Positions 39,342 through 49,509 of a stretch of 64,000 bases of DNA are shown here, piece by piece (positions within the stretch are counted from its first letter, which is position 1; each line of letters starts with the position of its first letter). The DNA comes from Eubacteriales bacterium (GTDB lineage: Bacteria > Bacillota > Clostridia > Oscillospirales > CAG-382): the NCBI GenBank assembly GCA_045580005.1, contig JAZNMZ010000012.1, forward strand, positions 6,037-70,036, given 5' to 3'. A program made the translations under genes and the position numbers. The notes under the pieces were generated by a model, which saw only the letters and a program-made list of their open reading frames with translations, was not told the DNA's origin and did not search any database.

Positions 39342-41057
39342 ATGTCAGAAGTAATGAACAAGTATGATTTATGGCTCGCCAATGCCACCGAGGACGAAGC
39401 TCTCATCGAGGAGCTCAAGTCTATCAGGGACAACGAGGAGGAAATTTTTGATAGATTCTATACCGAACTCGAATTCGGCACGGCAGGTCTTCGCGGTGTT
39501 ATAGGTGCAGGCGACAACCGCATGAATATCTACACCGTCGGCAAAGCGACTCAGGGGCTTGCAGATTACATCAAGAGCAAAAAGCCAGGCGGCAGCGTTG
39601 CTATCTCGTATGACTCGAGAATAAACTCCATTCTTTTTGCAAAAAGAGCTGCAGGTGTTCTTGCGGCAAACGGAATTAAGGTATATATCTCGCCAGTGCT
39701 CGAGCCGACCCCCGTTCTTTCGTTTATGGTGCGCCACTATGGGTGTGATGCAGGTATTATGATTACGGCAAGCCACAACCCCGCAAAGTACAACGGCTAC
39801 AAGTGCTACGGTCCCGACGGATGTCAGATGACAGACGATGACGCAAACGCCACAACTGAGTTTATCCGCAAGGTAGACACTTTCGCCGGCATAAAGCATA
39901 TTGATTTTGAAAAAGCTCTTTCGGACGGTATCATCGAATATACAGACGACGCTATGCTTGAGGAATACTACAAGTGCGTTCTTTCCTGTCAGATAAATCC
40001 CGGCATCTGCGCACAGTCTGGTATCAATATTCTCTTCTCGCCCCTCAACGGCACGGGCAATATTCCCGTGCGCGAGATACTCGGCAGAATCGGCGTAAAG
40101 GTAGGCGTTGTATCAGAGCAGGAGCTTCCCGACGGCAACTTCCCCACAACACCTTTCCCGAACCCCGAATTCTCTCAGGTATTTGACTGTGCAAGAGAGA
40201 TTGCAAAAACCGAAAAGCCCGACCTTATTCTTGCAACAGACCCCGACTGCGACAGAGTGGGTATTGCCGTGAGAAACGAAAAGGGCGAATATGAGCTTAT
40301 GACAGGTAACGAAGTGGGTTGTATGCTTCTTTACTACATTCTCGAATGCAGAAGCGCCGCGGGCACTCTTCCCGAGGGTGCAATAGCTGTAAAATCCATT
40401 GTTACCTCCGACCTTGCAGGCAAGGTTGCGCAGCACTTCGGCTGCCGTATGGTGAATATACTCACAGGCTTTAAGTACATAGGCGAGCAGATAAAGCTGC
40501 TCGAAAAAGACAGCAGAGAAAACCTATACCAGCTCGGCTTTGAAGAAAGCTACGGTTATCTTTCCAAAGGCTATGTGCGCGACAAGGACGCTGTCAACGC
40601 CTCTATGCTCATTGTTGAAATGGCAGCATACTGCAAGAAGAACGGCATGACACTTCTCGACTATATGCAGAAGATTTACAGCCAGTTCGGTGTATACAAG
40701 CACAAGATAATCTCGGCCTCTTTTGACGGCGAAAAGGGTATGCTCAAGATGAAAGATATTATGTCCTCGCTGAGAAACTCTCCCCCTGCGGCTATTGCAG
40801 GACTTGAGGTGGTAAGAATATGTGACTATCTCACAGGAGCCGATATTGATGTTCTGTCGGGCAAGCAGGAAACAATCAATCTCCCCAGAGCAAATGTATA
40901 TTCTATGTTCCTTGAGGGAGACTGCTCGGTTATCATCCGTCCATCGGGTACTGAGCCTAAGATAAAGGCATATCTCAACGCCTGCGCTCCAAGCTTTGAC
41001 AAGGCAAACGAAATTATATCCGAGCTTCAGAAATACACAGATGTAATATTCGGATAA
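39342..41057 (+). CDS. pgm: Phosphoglucomutase/phosphomannomutase
   Basis: FGTAGLRG, TASHNP, DPDCDR, FEESYG, RPSGTEPK. Confidence 0.95.
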   Translation: MSEVMNKYDLWLANATEDEALIEELKSIRDNEEEIFDRFYTELEFGTAGLRGVIGAGDNRMNIYTVGKATQGLADYIKSKKPGGSVAISYDSRINSILFAKRAAGVLAANGIKVYISPVLEPTPVLSFMVRHYGCDAGIMITASHNPAKYNGYKCYGPDGCQMTDDDANATTEFIRKVDTFAGIKHIDFEKALSDGIIEYTDDAMLEEYYKCVLSCQINPGICAQSGINILFSPLNGTGNIPVREILGRIGVKVGVVSEQELPDGNFPTTPFPNPEFSQVFDCAREIAKTEKPDLILATDPDCDRVGIAVRNEKGEYELMTGNEVGCMLLYYILECRSAAGTLPEGAIAVKSIVTSDLAGKVAQHFGCRMVNILTGFKYIGEQIKLLEKDSRENLYQLGFEESYGYLSKGYVRDKDAVNASMLIVEMAAYCKKNGMTLLDYMQKIYSQFGVYKHKIISASFDGEKGMLKMKDIMSSLRNSPPAAIAGLEVVRICDYLTGADIDVLSGKQETINLPRANVYSMFLEGDCSVIIRPSGTEPKIKAYLNACAPSFDKANEIISELQKYTDVIFG

Positions 41058-41072
41058 AAGCACTTTAAAATC

Positions 41073-41107
41073 AAAAAGACAGATAGTTTTCACTATCTGT
41101 CTTTTTT
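41073..41107. terminator. Bidirectional terminator
   Basis: AAAAAGACAGATAGT-tttc-ACTATCTGTCTTTTT. Confidence 0.85.
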
Positions 41108-41149
41108 GTCTGGCTGTAGTCTGTGTTTTATTAAGGCGCGTAGTGAATG

Positions 41150-42778
41150 TTATTTTACACGCTTTGCGATTTCTGCGTTTATTCTCTCACGCATACAAAG
41201 GATATAATCAGCGTCGTGAGGGTAGTTTGCAAAGGTTAGAGGCTCAATACCATCCTCAAGGATTTCCATAACCTTTTCCCTGCCTGCAAGCTTCTCTAAC
41301 ATCTGCATAGCACGCAGGTCCTGGAGAGCCTCGTGGAATACAACAAGTCTTATTGACTCAAGAGCCTTGCCGTCGTTTGACGGATATACCTTAAACGGGT
41401 CGCCGCCCTGGAAGCGTCCGTCAGCGTCGGAACATACATAGGGATTTATAGGATACTGCGAGAGTGTGGAATAATAGAAGTTGTATCCCCACTGCAGAAA
41501 TCCTGCGATATTGAATTTATAAAGCTGTGTTGCAATAATTCTGTTTCGTGCCGAGGGCATTGAGATAAACTGATTGGAAACAGCTATCTGCTGACCGGTG
41601 CAGTAGTATGTCCAGAGGTTGGGGACCTTATTCTCAAGGAAAGGCTCGATCAAGTCATTCGACGGAACGGGGAAAGTAACAGCTCCGTTTGCATAATATT
41701 CATAGTGGCTGAGCGCGTCCATAATAACATAGTCCTTGAGGATATTCTGAACGATCTTGCGGCACTTGCTGTAGTTTGCGATAGCCTCGTCTGTCTGGGG
41801 CTCATCCGAAATGTGGAAGTAGCAGCGCTTGTCAACTCCACGCTTTTTGAGATGATTAACAAGCGACTTTACAAAAGACCTCAAGAACTTCTTGTACTCG
41901 GGACCCATAGAGTCTGTATCCCAGCCGAAAATGCGCTTATACTCGCCGTCAACTGTTGCCATAACCTTGGGAGCCGCCTTTGCTCCCCACTGTGTGAACA
42001 GGTGCGAAATTTCGTAATATTTTACGCCGCAGCGCTCGCAAATATCAAGCCATCTGTCGAGCTTTGCGTAGCTATAACGGTACACGCCGTTTGTAACCTT
42101 GATATCAACAAGCTGTACCGTCGGGCGCTCGCCGCCGATTGCCGTATCAAGTGGAGGGGTAAGAACGGGAGTAAGGAACATATTCATGCCGTAGTTTACT
42201 GCCTGAGAAATGAAGTTCTCGATAATCTCCCAGTGGCGCTCGCTAAATACCTCTACATTGTAGTAGGAGGCAAGACAGTCGGAGTGGAACCAGTTTGTAA
42301 CGGTAAGAGTCTGCTCGGGAAGCTCGGCGTCGAGTACATCAAGAGTGAATGTCGCCTTGCCGATACTCTTTTCGTCGAGGTCAACAAGCTCTATTTTTAT
42401 CTCGTGCTTGCCGACCTTGCCCTTGGACTCCACAAAGAACCAGAACGCCTCGGCACAGCCGAAGTTTATGTAAAAGTGCTTTGTAAGATCGCAGGGCTCG
42501 AGAAAGTCAGGATAAAGGCCTGGCAGCTTGCTTATATGATTGTCATCACCAGGAAGCTCCTCGGGGCATCTTACGGGTATCTGGCGCACGCGGCTGACTC
42601 TGAACTCAAGGTCTGTGTCAACCTTTATATAAAAGCCGCATTTTGCCGCACTCGACAGTGCAAGCTGGAACGAGAATCGCTCGTTTTTCATAGCGGTTGC
42701 GCTACTGCAGCCTTTTTTTGCCTGAAGACTGTCACTGTCCATAAATTTTTCGAGTGAAGATAAAAGTTTGATTTTCAT
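41150..42778 (-). CDS. DUF4091-domain putative glycoside hydrolase
   Basis: TNWFH, HLFTQWG, HISDEP, WTYYC, GFLQWGYN, ESIRL..EALQD; no signal peptide. Confidence 0.8.
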   Translation of the reverse strand: MKIKLLSSLEKFMDSDSLQAKKGCSSATAMKNERFSFQLALSSAAKCGFYIKVDTDLEFRVSRVRQIPVRCPEELPGDDNHISKLPGLYPDFLEPCDLTKHFYINFGCAEAFWFFVESKGKVGKHEIKIELVDLDEKSIGKATFTLDVLDAELPEQTLTVTNWFHSDCLASYYNVEVFSERHWEIIENFISQAVNYGMNMFLTPVLTPPLDTAIGGERPTVQLVDIKVTNGVYRYSYAKLDRWLDICERCGVKYYEISHLFTQWGAKAAPKVMATVDGEYKRIFGWDTDSMGPEYKKFLRSFVKSLVNHLKKRGVDKRCYFHISDEPQTDEAIANYSKCRKIVQNILKDYVIMDALSHYEYYANGAVTFPVPSNDLIEPFLENKVPNLWTYYCTGQQIAVSNQFISMPSARNRIIATQLYKFNIAGFLQWGYNFYYSTLSQYPINPYVCSDADGRFQGGDPFKVYPSNDGKALESIRLVVFHEALQDLRAMQMLEKLAGREKVMEILEDGIEPLTFANYPHDADYILCMRERINAEIAKRVK

Positions 42779-42853
42779 AGTTTGGATCCTTTCATTTTAT
42801 TTTACTTGAATTGTTTTTCTATCAAATCGCAGCTCCTGCTGTGGGTTTTGCTT

Positions 42854-44230
42854 TTATTTGCGACAAAGCAGCACACAGCACTCAACATGCCCCGTTCTCG
42901 GGAACATATCGACGCCGGCAATTCGCTTTGCTACATATCCGCAGTCTGCGAAGACTGCAAGATCGCGCGCGAGTGTTGCGGGGTTGCAGGATATATAGAC
43001 AACTCTGTCTGCTCCGAAAGAAGAAATCTTGCGCACAGCGTCCTCTCCGCAGCCCTTGCGGGGTGGGTCTACCACGATACAGTCGGGACTATACTCCAAA
43101 AGCTTTGGTGAATCAAGAGCTTCTGTCGCGTCAAGACACAGAAATTCCGCTTTAACACCATTAAGCTCTGCATTGTAGGCAGCATCGATCGTCGCTTCTT
43201 TTGAAATTTCAACACCTACAAGTCTTACTCCCGATTCTGCAAGAATAATTCCGATAGTGCCCGTGCCGCAATAAAGGTCAAATAAAGTTTCGCCCTCCTT
43301 GATGTCGGCAAACTCTTTTGCAAGAGAGTAAAGACGCTCGGTCTGTGCATGATTCACCTGATAGAATGCTGCAGGTGCGATTCTGAACTTTTTGCCGCAT
43401 AGGGTATCATAAAGATATCCGTCGCCCCAAAGCGTGCGCCAGCTCTTGCCAAGCACGGCGTTGCCCGAGGTGGTGTTGATGTTTATCATCACGCCGCAGA
43501 TTTGCGGAAAAGTCTCGGTGATATATCTCATAAGCTCGCTCTCGCACTGCTCGCCCAGAGTCCTGCCGTTTATAACGATGCTTAGAAGAACACTTCCGTC
43601 CTGAGAGCTTCTCATATAAATACTGCGAAGAAGTCCCTCTCCCTTTTCCTCGTCGTAAACTGAGAGCTTTCTACTCTCAAAAAATTCTATGCACTTATCC
43701 TTGATACTCGAAAAAATCTTATTGCCGATAAGACACTCGTCGTGCTCAACAATTCTATGTGACATCGACGCATAAAAACCGCTGATAATTCTGCCCGTCT
43801 TGTCCATGTCTATCGGGTAGACTGCCTTATTTCTGTAAAAATCCGTGCTATTCGCGGGATAAAACTCATCGACGCGAAGGCTGAGTCCTGCGATATGCGA
43901 GAAGCTGTCATCAATCATAGCTCGTTTGATTTGGGATTCCTTGCCATAATCTATGTGAGAGAAAGTGCAACCGCCGCACTTTGTCATATATTTACAGCCT
44001 GTATCTATCCTGTAGGGTGATTTTTCGAGAATTTGTTCAATTTTGCCGACAGAATAGTTCTTCGCGTTCTTTATAATACGGACAGACAAAAGGTCGCCCT
44101 CGGCGCTGCAGGGTACAAAAACCACGCAACCGTCGACACGGGCAATACCGCTGCCGTTGCCGCACATATTTTCGATGCGAAGTGTGTATATTTTGTTCTT
44201 TTCAAGAATGTTTTTTCTTTTTTCTGACAT
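42854..44230 (-). CDS. rlmD: 23S rRNA (U1939)-C5 methyltransferase
   Basis: TRAM domain, CKYMTKCGGC, FYQVN, DLYCGTG, DPPRKG, YISCNP, DMFPRTGHVE. Confidence 0.96.
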   Translation of the reverse strand: MSEKRKNILEKNKIYTLRIENMCGNGSGIARVDGCVVFVPCSAEGDLLSVRIIKNAKNYSVGKIEQILEKSPYRIDTGCKYMTKCGGCTFSHIDYGKESQIKRAMIDDSFSHIAGLSLRVDEFYPANSTDFYRNKAVYPIDMDKTGRIISGFYASMSHRIVEHDECLIGNKIFSSIKDKCIEFFESRKLSVYDEEKGEGLLRSIYMRSSQDGSVLLSIVINGRTLGEQCESELMRYITETFPQICGVMININTTSGNAVLGKSWRTLWGDGYLYDTLCGKKFRIAPAAFYQVNHAQTERLYSLAKEFADIKEGETLFDLYCGTGTIGIILAESGVRLVGVEISKEATIDAAYNAELNGVKAEFLCLDATEALDSPKLLEYSPDCIVVDPPRKGCGEDAVRKISSFGADRVVYISCNPATLARDLAVFADCGYVAKRIAGVDMFPRTGHVECCVLLCRK

Positions 44231-44338
44231 TTTTTCTCCAAAAACCTTTTCTTACATACCATTTTATATCAAATTTGCGTTTCTGTCAATGGTATTTGGA
44301 ATAATTGCAAAAGATTTTGCTTTTGTTTTTGAAAGACA

Positions 44339-44367
44339 AAAAAACAGGCTCTTTCGAGCCTGTTTTA
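44339..44367 (-). terminator. Terminator of the large secreted protein gene
   Basis: AAAACAGGCTC / GAGCCTGTTTT. Confidence 0.8.
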
Positions 44368-44376
44368 GTTGTAACA

Positions 44377-47300
44377 TTATTCTGTTATCGGGCGTTCCTT
44401 TGAGAAGTACATTGCCTTGAGGTAGAGTGTTTCATCGCCAAGGCTCTTACACTTGATATCACCTATCGGAAAAATCTGGAAGTGTCTTGCGTATGCTCCC
44501 GAAGGAATGTCCTTTTCCTCAGCAAGGCCCTCAAATGAGAATGTGATTGCTGCCCACTTGCCGCCTACGATTTCCTGTTCGGATGTAACTGTCTTACCAT
44601 ACCACTCGGAAGTGTTTCCGTCGGGAAGCAGTGCGTTACCAAACGAGCAGACACCGCGCTTGCCTACAGCTGTTGTACCGTCGTAGTAATAAACAATTGT
44701 GAGGAACGGATAAATTGCAGGGTCTGCCTTTGCCTTGTCGAGCTCCCAGTTATTAATCATAATAGCGTTGTTGCCCTTGTCTGACTTGATAACTGTTACA
44801 TCCTTTTCGTAATCAAAGGTTGTTGTCTTTGTTGTCTTTGAACCGAAAATGCTGTATTCGAGGTTTGCAAATGCGTTTTCAACCTTGATAGGAGTGCTTT
44901 CGAACTTGGGATTTCTGCCTCTGTCCTTAGCATACTCCGAAAGGTCGTACATAATAAGTACATTCGGGAGAGGAAGATCAGATGAGCCTCTCTGCAGCCA
45001 CTGTGCTGTGAATGTAACCTCTTCCTCAGAAGTCATTATATAAGGAGTGTTTGCCAAATAAACTGCTCCGTCTGCACTGCTCTTCCAGCCCGAGAACTTA
45101 TATCCGAGGTTTGTAATTCCGACATTCGGAAGAGTGTTGTTTGTTGAAAGATGCTCGTACTCTGTGTCGGCAGGAAGTGTGCCTGTATATCCGACAGCGC
45201 TGCCTGCGCTGAACTTAACGGGAATCTTGGGTGCTCTGCCTGTTGCTCTCGGGAATGTATACTTTGCATGAGCCAAACCGTCTGCGTCAACCGAAACCAC
45301 CGCTGCTTCACCGTTTACTGTCACTGCAGGAAGCGATGACGCATCAAAGAAGTAACCGTCGTCGGGATCGAGTACAACATCAACAGTATAAACTGTCTTG
45401 TAGCCCAGCTTTTCATCAATGAGCTCGGGAGTCCAATTGTCAAGCGAAACTTCTGCGTTCTGATATGTGCTCGAAACAGCAACGCTTGATGCGAGTGCGC
45501 CGCCTGAGGGCTGGCCTACTGTTGCTTCAATATTTACAGACGAGTTAATAAATGTACCATATCTAAGCTTGGCTATGTAACCACCCTGGAGTCTTATCGA
45601 CTGAGAGCTTGTAGTTCTTGTTGTAAATGAGCCTGCGCCTCTGAGGTCGACATTAACCACACCTGTTGAAGTTGTAAGAGTGGACTGACCGTTTGTCTTG
45701 TTTGTGATTTCAATGCTACCGCCAACGCCTGAGTCTACCACATAAACTGTATTGAAACCTGCGTTAAGCCTGGTCATTATGTCGCCGGAAATTGCGGAAT
45801 ATGTGCCGTCGCTGAAGATGATGAAGCATCTTACGCTGCCAGCAACAATCTGAGTTGAGGCAGCAACTTTTTTGATATTGCCACCATTGATATATACTTC
45901 AAAGCTACCGTTGCTTATTGTTGCAGCAGTTGTACCCATGGGCGCAAAATCAAATGTACCGATAGTACCGCCGTTGATTGTGATAAGTGAGTCGCCTGTG
46001 ATACCCTTTGTGTTGGAATCGAGGTTTGCACCGCCAACATAGTATGTGTCGATTGTAACGCCCTCGTTGATTGTTGTGTTGAGTCCTGCAACTGTTGCAT
46101 TAACAGCGCCGTCAACATAGCTTATTCCATTTTCTGCCCCTACATTATGGAGATTAGGGCCGAGAACAACTGTATTTCCGTTTGATACGATGTATGCTCC
46201 GTTTGCCGCGTTTATACGGATATCCTTGATAGTTGTGTTGCAGGAAAGAACAACACCGCCGCTTACCGAAATCTCGGCATCTGCGTCATAGCCTACAATA
46301 GAAAGCTGTGAGGCTATAGCGCCCTCAAGTGATGCTGTTGTGAGAGCTGTGCTGCCCTTTACAACAATTGTAGCCGCAGAGCTGCCTGCCGCTGCAACTG
46401 CGTTCTTGATTGTATCAAGAGCATTATTTATATCAGCGCCGCTGTTTGTACTGCTGCCGTTTTCTGTATCAACATAAATAAGTGTGCCTGCCGAAGCGTC
46501 AACCTCCCAGTTTGCTGTGAGGGTAATATGAGCGTTGCCCATAAGAAGCTTGTCGCCGGGCTTATACTGATTGGACTGTGCATCTGTCCAGTATGCAAAG
46601 TTGTAGCCGTACTTCGAGAATGTGTTCTCGCGAACTTCTACATATTCACCTGCCGCCGCAGAGTCTACCTCAGGAGCAAAACCGCCTGTTGCGCCGCCGT
46701 CAACATACGCAACATTGTATGTGGGAATTTCCACCCATACAGGCTTGAATTCCACATTACCTGTAAGCACATACTCATCGCCGGGCTGATAAACAGCTAC
46801 GCCGTCAGTAAAGCCGCCGAAGGTATATCCGCCCTTTGTGAAGGGATTGTCTATAATTGTGATTATGTTGTCGGTGGGATCCTTATAGAATTTCTCCGGA
46901 GCTGTGCCTGTTACGCCGACACCTCCGTTGTAATATACAAGGTATCTGTCAGGATCAGCTGCAGTTTCGGCGCCGACATATGTGAATGTAATCAAATCAC
47001 CTGAGAAATAAAGGTTGTCTATATCGTAATCAGAGCTGCCGTTGATTGTGAAAGTGAAATCTGCGGGGAAAGACTTGCCCTGTGCAGGAGTAAGTGTTAC
47101 ATCATATGTATACACCTTGCTGTACGCTACTTCTGCATCAGCAGGTGTGATATTTGCCGAAGCAACAACATTTGCGCTGTCTGTGCGTATAGGCCATACT
47201 GTCTGTGTGGGTTCAGGAGTGTCGATGATGACATCGGCGCTGTTGTCTGAAATGAGTGTGCTGGGTACAAACTCAACTGAGTATTCGCCAATATCAAATG

Positions 47301-48366
47301 TAGGAGTGCTTTGTCCGTAATAAAGGGTGTTTCCTCCCCGAGGTGTAACAGCAGCCATATAGCCTGCCGCAGGAACAAGCTCAAACTTACCTGTTCCGTC
47401 AGCGTGGTTTACATCGCCGTATTCGGGGTTCACAACATCTATGTAGTAGTAATCCTTTTTATCAAAGTTATTGAGCTTGAAAGCACCTATGCTTCCACCA
47501 TTTTCAACTATGACATGAAGATTTCCTCTTACATAAGCTATGTAATATGTAGCCGTTGCGTCAATATCTCCGACAGCACCCTCAGAGCCAACTTTTACCT
47601 TAACATCGCCTGTGATAACAGCTCCTGTATGACTGGTAGTATTAAAGCCTGCCTGTCTGATGTTAACAGATTTGAGTGTTCCGCGAAGAACTTCGATTAT
47701 AAGGTCGCCGTCAATTCCGTTGCCTGCAGTTGTGTATGCCGCGCCGAATAAAGGCGAATCGAATGTGCCGCCGGGAGCATCAACAATAAAGTGCTCGCCT
47801 GCAGTAACTCCTGTATAATAAGGACCTACATTGACTGAAAATCCTGTTGACCCGGAAACTCCGTGTATGGGGGATGAATAGTATGCTGTGTCAAACTTTG
47901 TACCTTCACCGTATGTCAGCATATATCCACATGTGTCCACATGTGCCCAGAACTGTGTAGAAAGAGCGATATTCTTGAAAACAACATCTCCCTTGAGCAT
48001 AAGGGCATAGCCGCCTGCCTCTATTGCTGTACCGTCAAGAGAAGAAATGCCGACAGCCAGAGCAACATCGTTTCCGACACCCTCAACAGTCATAGTACCT
48101 GCCGGTGTACCGAAAGTTTCGTCTCCGCTGTAAGCAACACAGGCGCTGTTCAGCAGATATACTGTTGCGTCCCCTGTCATCTTGTTTGCAGCAGCCTTAA
48201 GTGTCTTTAAAGGTGCACTCTGAGTACCTGCCGCCGAATCGTTACCGTTTACAGGGTCTACAAAGAATGTATCGCCAGTAGCCGAAACGCTGATTGTTCC
48301 AAAAGTCAGTGTCGACAATACAAGCACGATCGCCATTATAGCCGATAAAATTCTACTTTTGTTCAT
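44377..48366 (-). CDS. Large secreted protein with InlB B-type (Flg_new) repeats
   Basis: Signal peptide; three Y.F.(G/Y)(W/F)..Y.(P/A)..W repeats; duplicated VD..NG.D/S..G....P/AL.T module; Thr/Gly/Ser rich. Confidence 0.8.
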   Translation of the reverse strand: MNKSRILSAIMAIVLVLSTLTFGTISVSATGDTFFVDPVNGNDSAAGTQSAPLKTLKAAANKMTGDATVYLLNSACVAYSGDETFGTPAGTMTVEGVGNDVALAVGISSLDGTAIEAGGYALMLKGDVVFKNIALSTQFWAHVDTCGYMLTYGEGTKFDTAYYSSPIHGVSGSTGFSVNVGPYYTGVTAGEHFIVDAPGGTFDSPLFGAAYTTAGNGIDGDLIIEVLRGTLKSVNIRQAGFNTTSHTGAVITGDVKVKVGSEGAVGDIDATATYYIAYVRGNLHVIVENGGSIGAFKLNNFDKKDYYYIDVVNPEYGDVNHADGTGKFELVPAAGYMAAVTPRGGNTLYYGQSTPTFDIGEYSVEFVPSTLISDNSADVIIDTPEPTQTVWPIRTDSANVVASANITPADAEVAYSKVYTYDVTLTPAQGKSFPADFTFTINGSSDYDIDNLYFSGDLITFTYVGAETAADPDRYLVYYNGGVGVTGTAPEKFYKDPTDNIITIIDNPFTKGGYTFGGFTDGVAVYQPGDEYVLTGNVEFKPVWVEIPTYNVAYVDGGATGGFAPEVDSAAAGEYVEVRENTFSKYGYNFAYWTDAQSNQYKPGDKLLMGNAHITLTANWEVDASAGTLIYVDTENGSSTNSGADINNALDTIKNAVAAAGSSAATIVVKGSTALTTASLEGAIASQLSIVGYDADAEISVSGGVVLSCNTTIKDIRINAANGAYIVSNGNTVVLGPNLHNVGAENGISYVDGAVNATVAGLNTTINEGVTIDTYYVGGANLDSNTKGITGDSLITINGGTIGTFDFAPMGTTAATISNGSFEVYINGGNIKKVAASTQIVAGSVRCFIIFSDGTYSAISGDIMTRLNAGFNTVYVVDSGVGGSIEITNKTNGQSTLTTSTGVVNVDLRGAGSFTTRTTSSQSIRLQGGYIAKLRYGTFINSSVNIEATVGQPSGGALASSVAVSSTYQNAEVSLDNWTPELIDEKLGYKTVYTVDVVLDPDDGYFFDASSLPAVTVNGEAAVVSVDADGLAHAKYTFPRATGRAPKIPVKFSAGSAVGYTGTLPADTEYEHLSTNNTLPNVGITNLGYKFSGWKSSADGAVYLANTPYIMTSEEEVTFTAQWLQRGSSDLPLPNVLIMYDLSEYAKDRGRNPKFESTPIKVENAFANLEYSIFGSKTTKTTTFDYEKDVTVIKSDKGNNAIMINNWELDKAKADPAIYPFLTIVYYYDGTTAVGKRGVCSFGNALLPDGNTSEWYGKTVTSEQEIVGGKWAAITFSFEGLAEEKDIPSGAYARHFQIFPIGDIKCKSLGDETLYLKAMYFSKERPITE

Positions 48367-48457
48367 GTGAATTCTCCTTTGCTTGGGTTTTCTTACATTT
48401 TCCTCAAAAAAGCCTTGTGTCCCAAAAAGGTATTAAAAGGCAGTATTGGTCATTTAC

Positions 48458-48486
48458 ATTATATAATGTTTACAAAAAAAAATCAA
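48458..48486 (-). promoter_or_regulatory. sigmaA promoter of the large secreted protein
   Basis: TTGATT-17-TATAAT on the minus strand. Confidence 0.72.
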
Positions 48487-48738
48487 TAGCAATCCGACAA
48501 TTTTTTATTAACTTTTTATTTGTATTTGGCTTTTTGCACAGTTTTTGAAGTCATAATATAGCACTTTGCAACAAACATCGGACAAACAGGCGCAAAGCGG
48601 CAGTTTTCACAGAATAAAAAGACTTTTGTTTTTCCCGAAAATTAAGAATTAAACTATTTACAAAGGTGCTTTTCTTTGGTATAATATATAATAATGGAAA
48701 TTTATATCTGTTACCCGCACTTATTATCGGAGGATCTT

Positions 48739-49497
48739 ATGCAGAAAGAAAAAATAAATATCCGCGGAGTATATTTTGACAATGTGGACAAGCGCGAGGC
48801 CCTTGCGCTTGCAAAAGAGCTTATTACAAGAGACGGTCTTGATGCGGTCTATACCCCCAATTCCGAAATTGTACAGATGTGCATTGACGACAACTCTCTT
48901 TTTGAAATCATAAACTCGGCGGCGCTGATTATTCCCGACGGAATAGGCGTTGTATACGCCTCAAAGGTCCTTGGTACACCCCTCAAGGAAAAGGTCGCGG
49001 GAATCGAGCTTGCCCAGAATATTCTTGAGTATCTTGCGCAAAGCGGCGAGAGTGTTTATCTTTTCGGCTCCTCTCCTGCAAAAGACGGTATTCCTGCTGT
49101 TTGTGACGCAGCTGCCGAAAAGCTGTGCGAAAAATACCCGGGACTCAAGATCGCAGGCACCCACGACGGATACTTTTCGGAAGAGCAAACAGATGAAATA
49201 ATCAGCAGAATAAACGAAAGCGGCGCCAAGGTGCTTTTCGTATGTCTTGGCGCACCTAAGCAGGAAAAGTGGATATACACCAACAGAGAAAAGCTGTCCG
49301 TTTCACTCGCGCTCGGACTAGGCGGTAGCCTTGATGTCTTTGCAGGGACGGTGAAGCGTGCTCCCGATTTCTTTGTAAAGGCAAATCTCGAGTGGTTTTA
49401 CAGGCTCATAAAGCAGCCGTCAAGAATTGGCAGAATGATGAATCTCCCAAAATTTCTCTTCGGCACAATCATTACAAAAAACAAGAAAAGCAAATAA
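48739..49497 (+). CDS. tagA: WecB/TagA/CpsF family glycosyltransferase
   Basis: TPNSE, PDGIGV, HDGYF, LGAPKQEKW, GGSLDV, KRAP, LEWFYRL. Confidence 0.93.
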   Translation: MQKEKINIRGVYFDNVDKREALALAKELITRDGLDAVYTPNSEIVQMCIDDNSLFEIINSAALIIPDGIGVVYASKVLGTPLKEKVAGIELAQNILEYLAQSGESVYLFGSSPAKDGIPAVCDAAAEKLCEKYPGLKIAGTHDGYFSEEQTDEIISRINESGAKVLFVCLGAPKQEKWIYTNREKLSVSLALGLGGSLDVFAGTVKRAPDFFVKANLEWFYRLIKQPSRIGRMMNLPKFLFGTIITKNKKSK

Positions 49498-49509
49498 AGA
49501 GGTAGAAGT

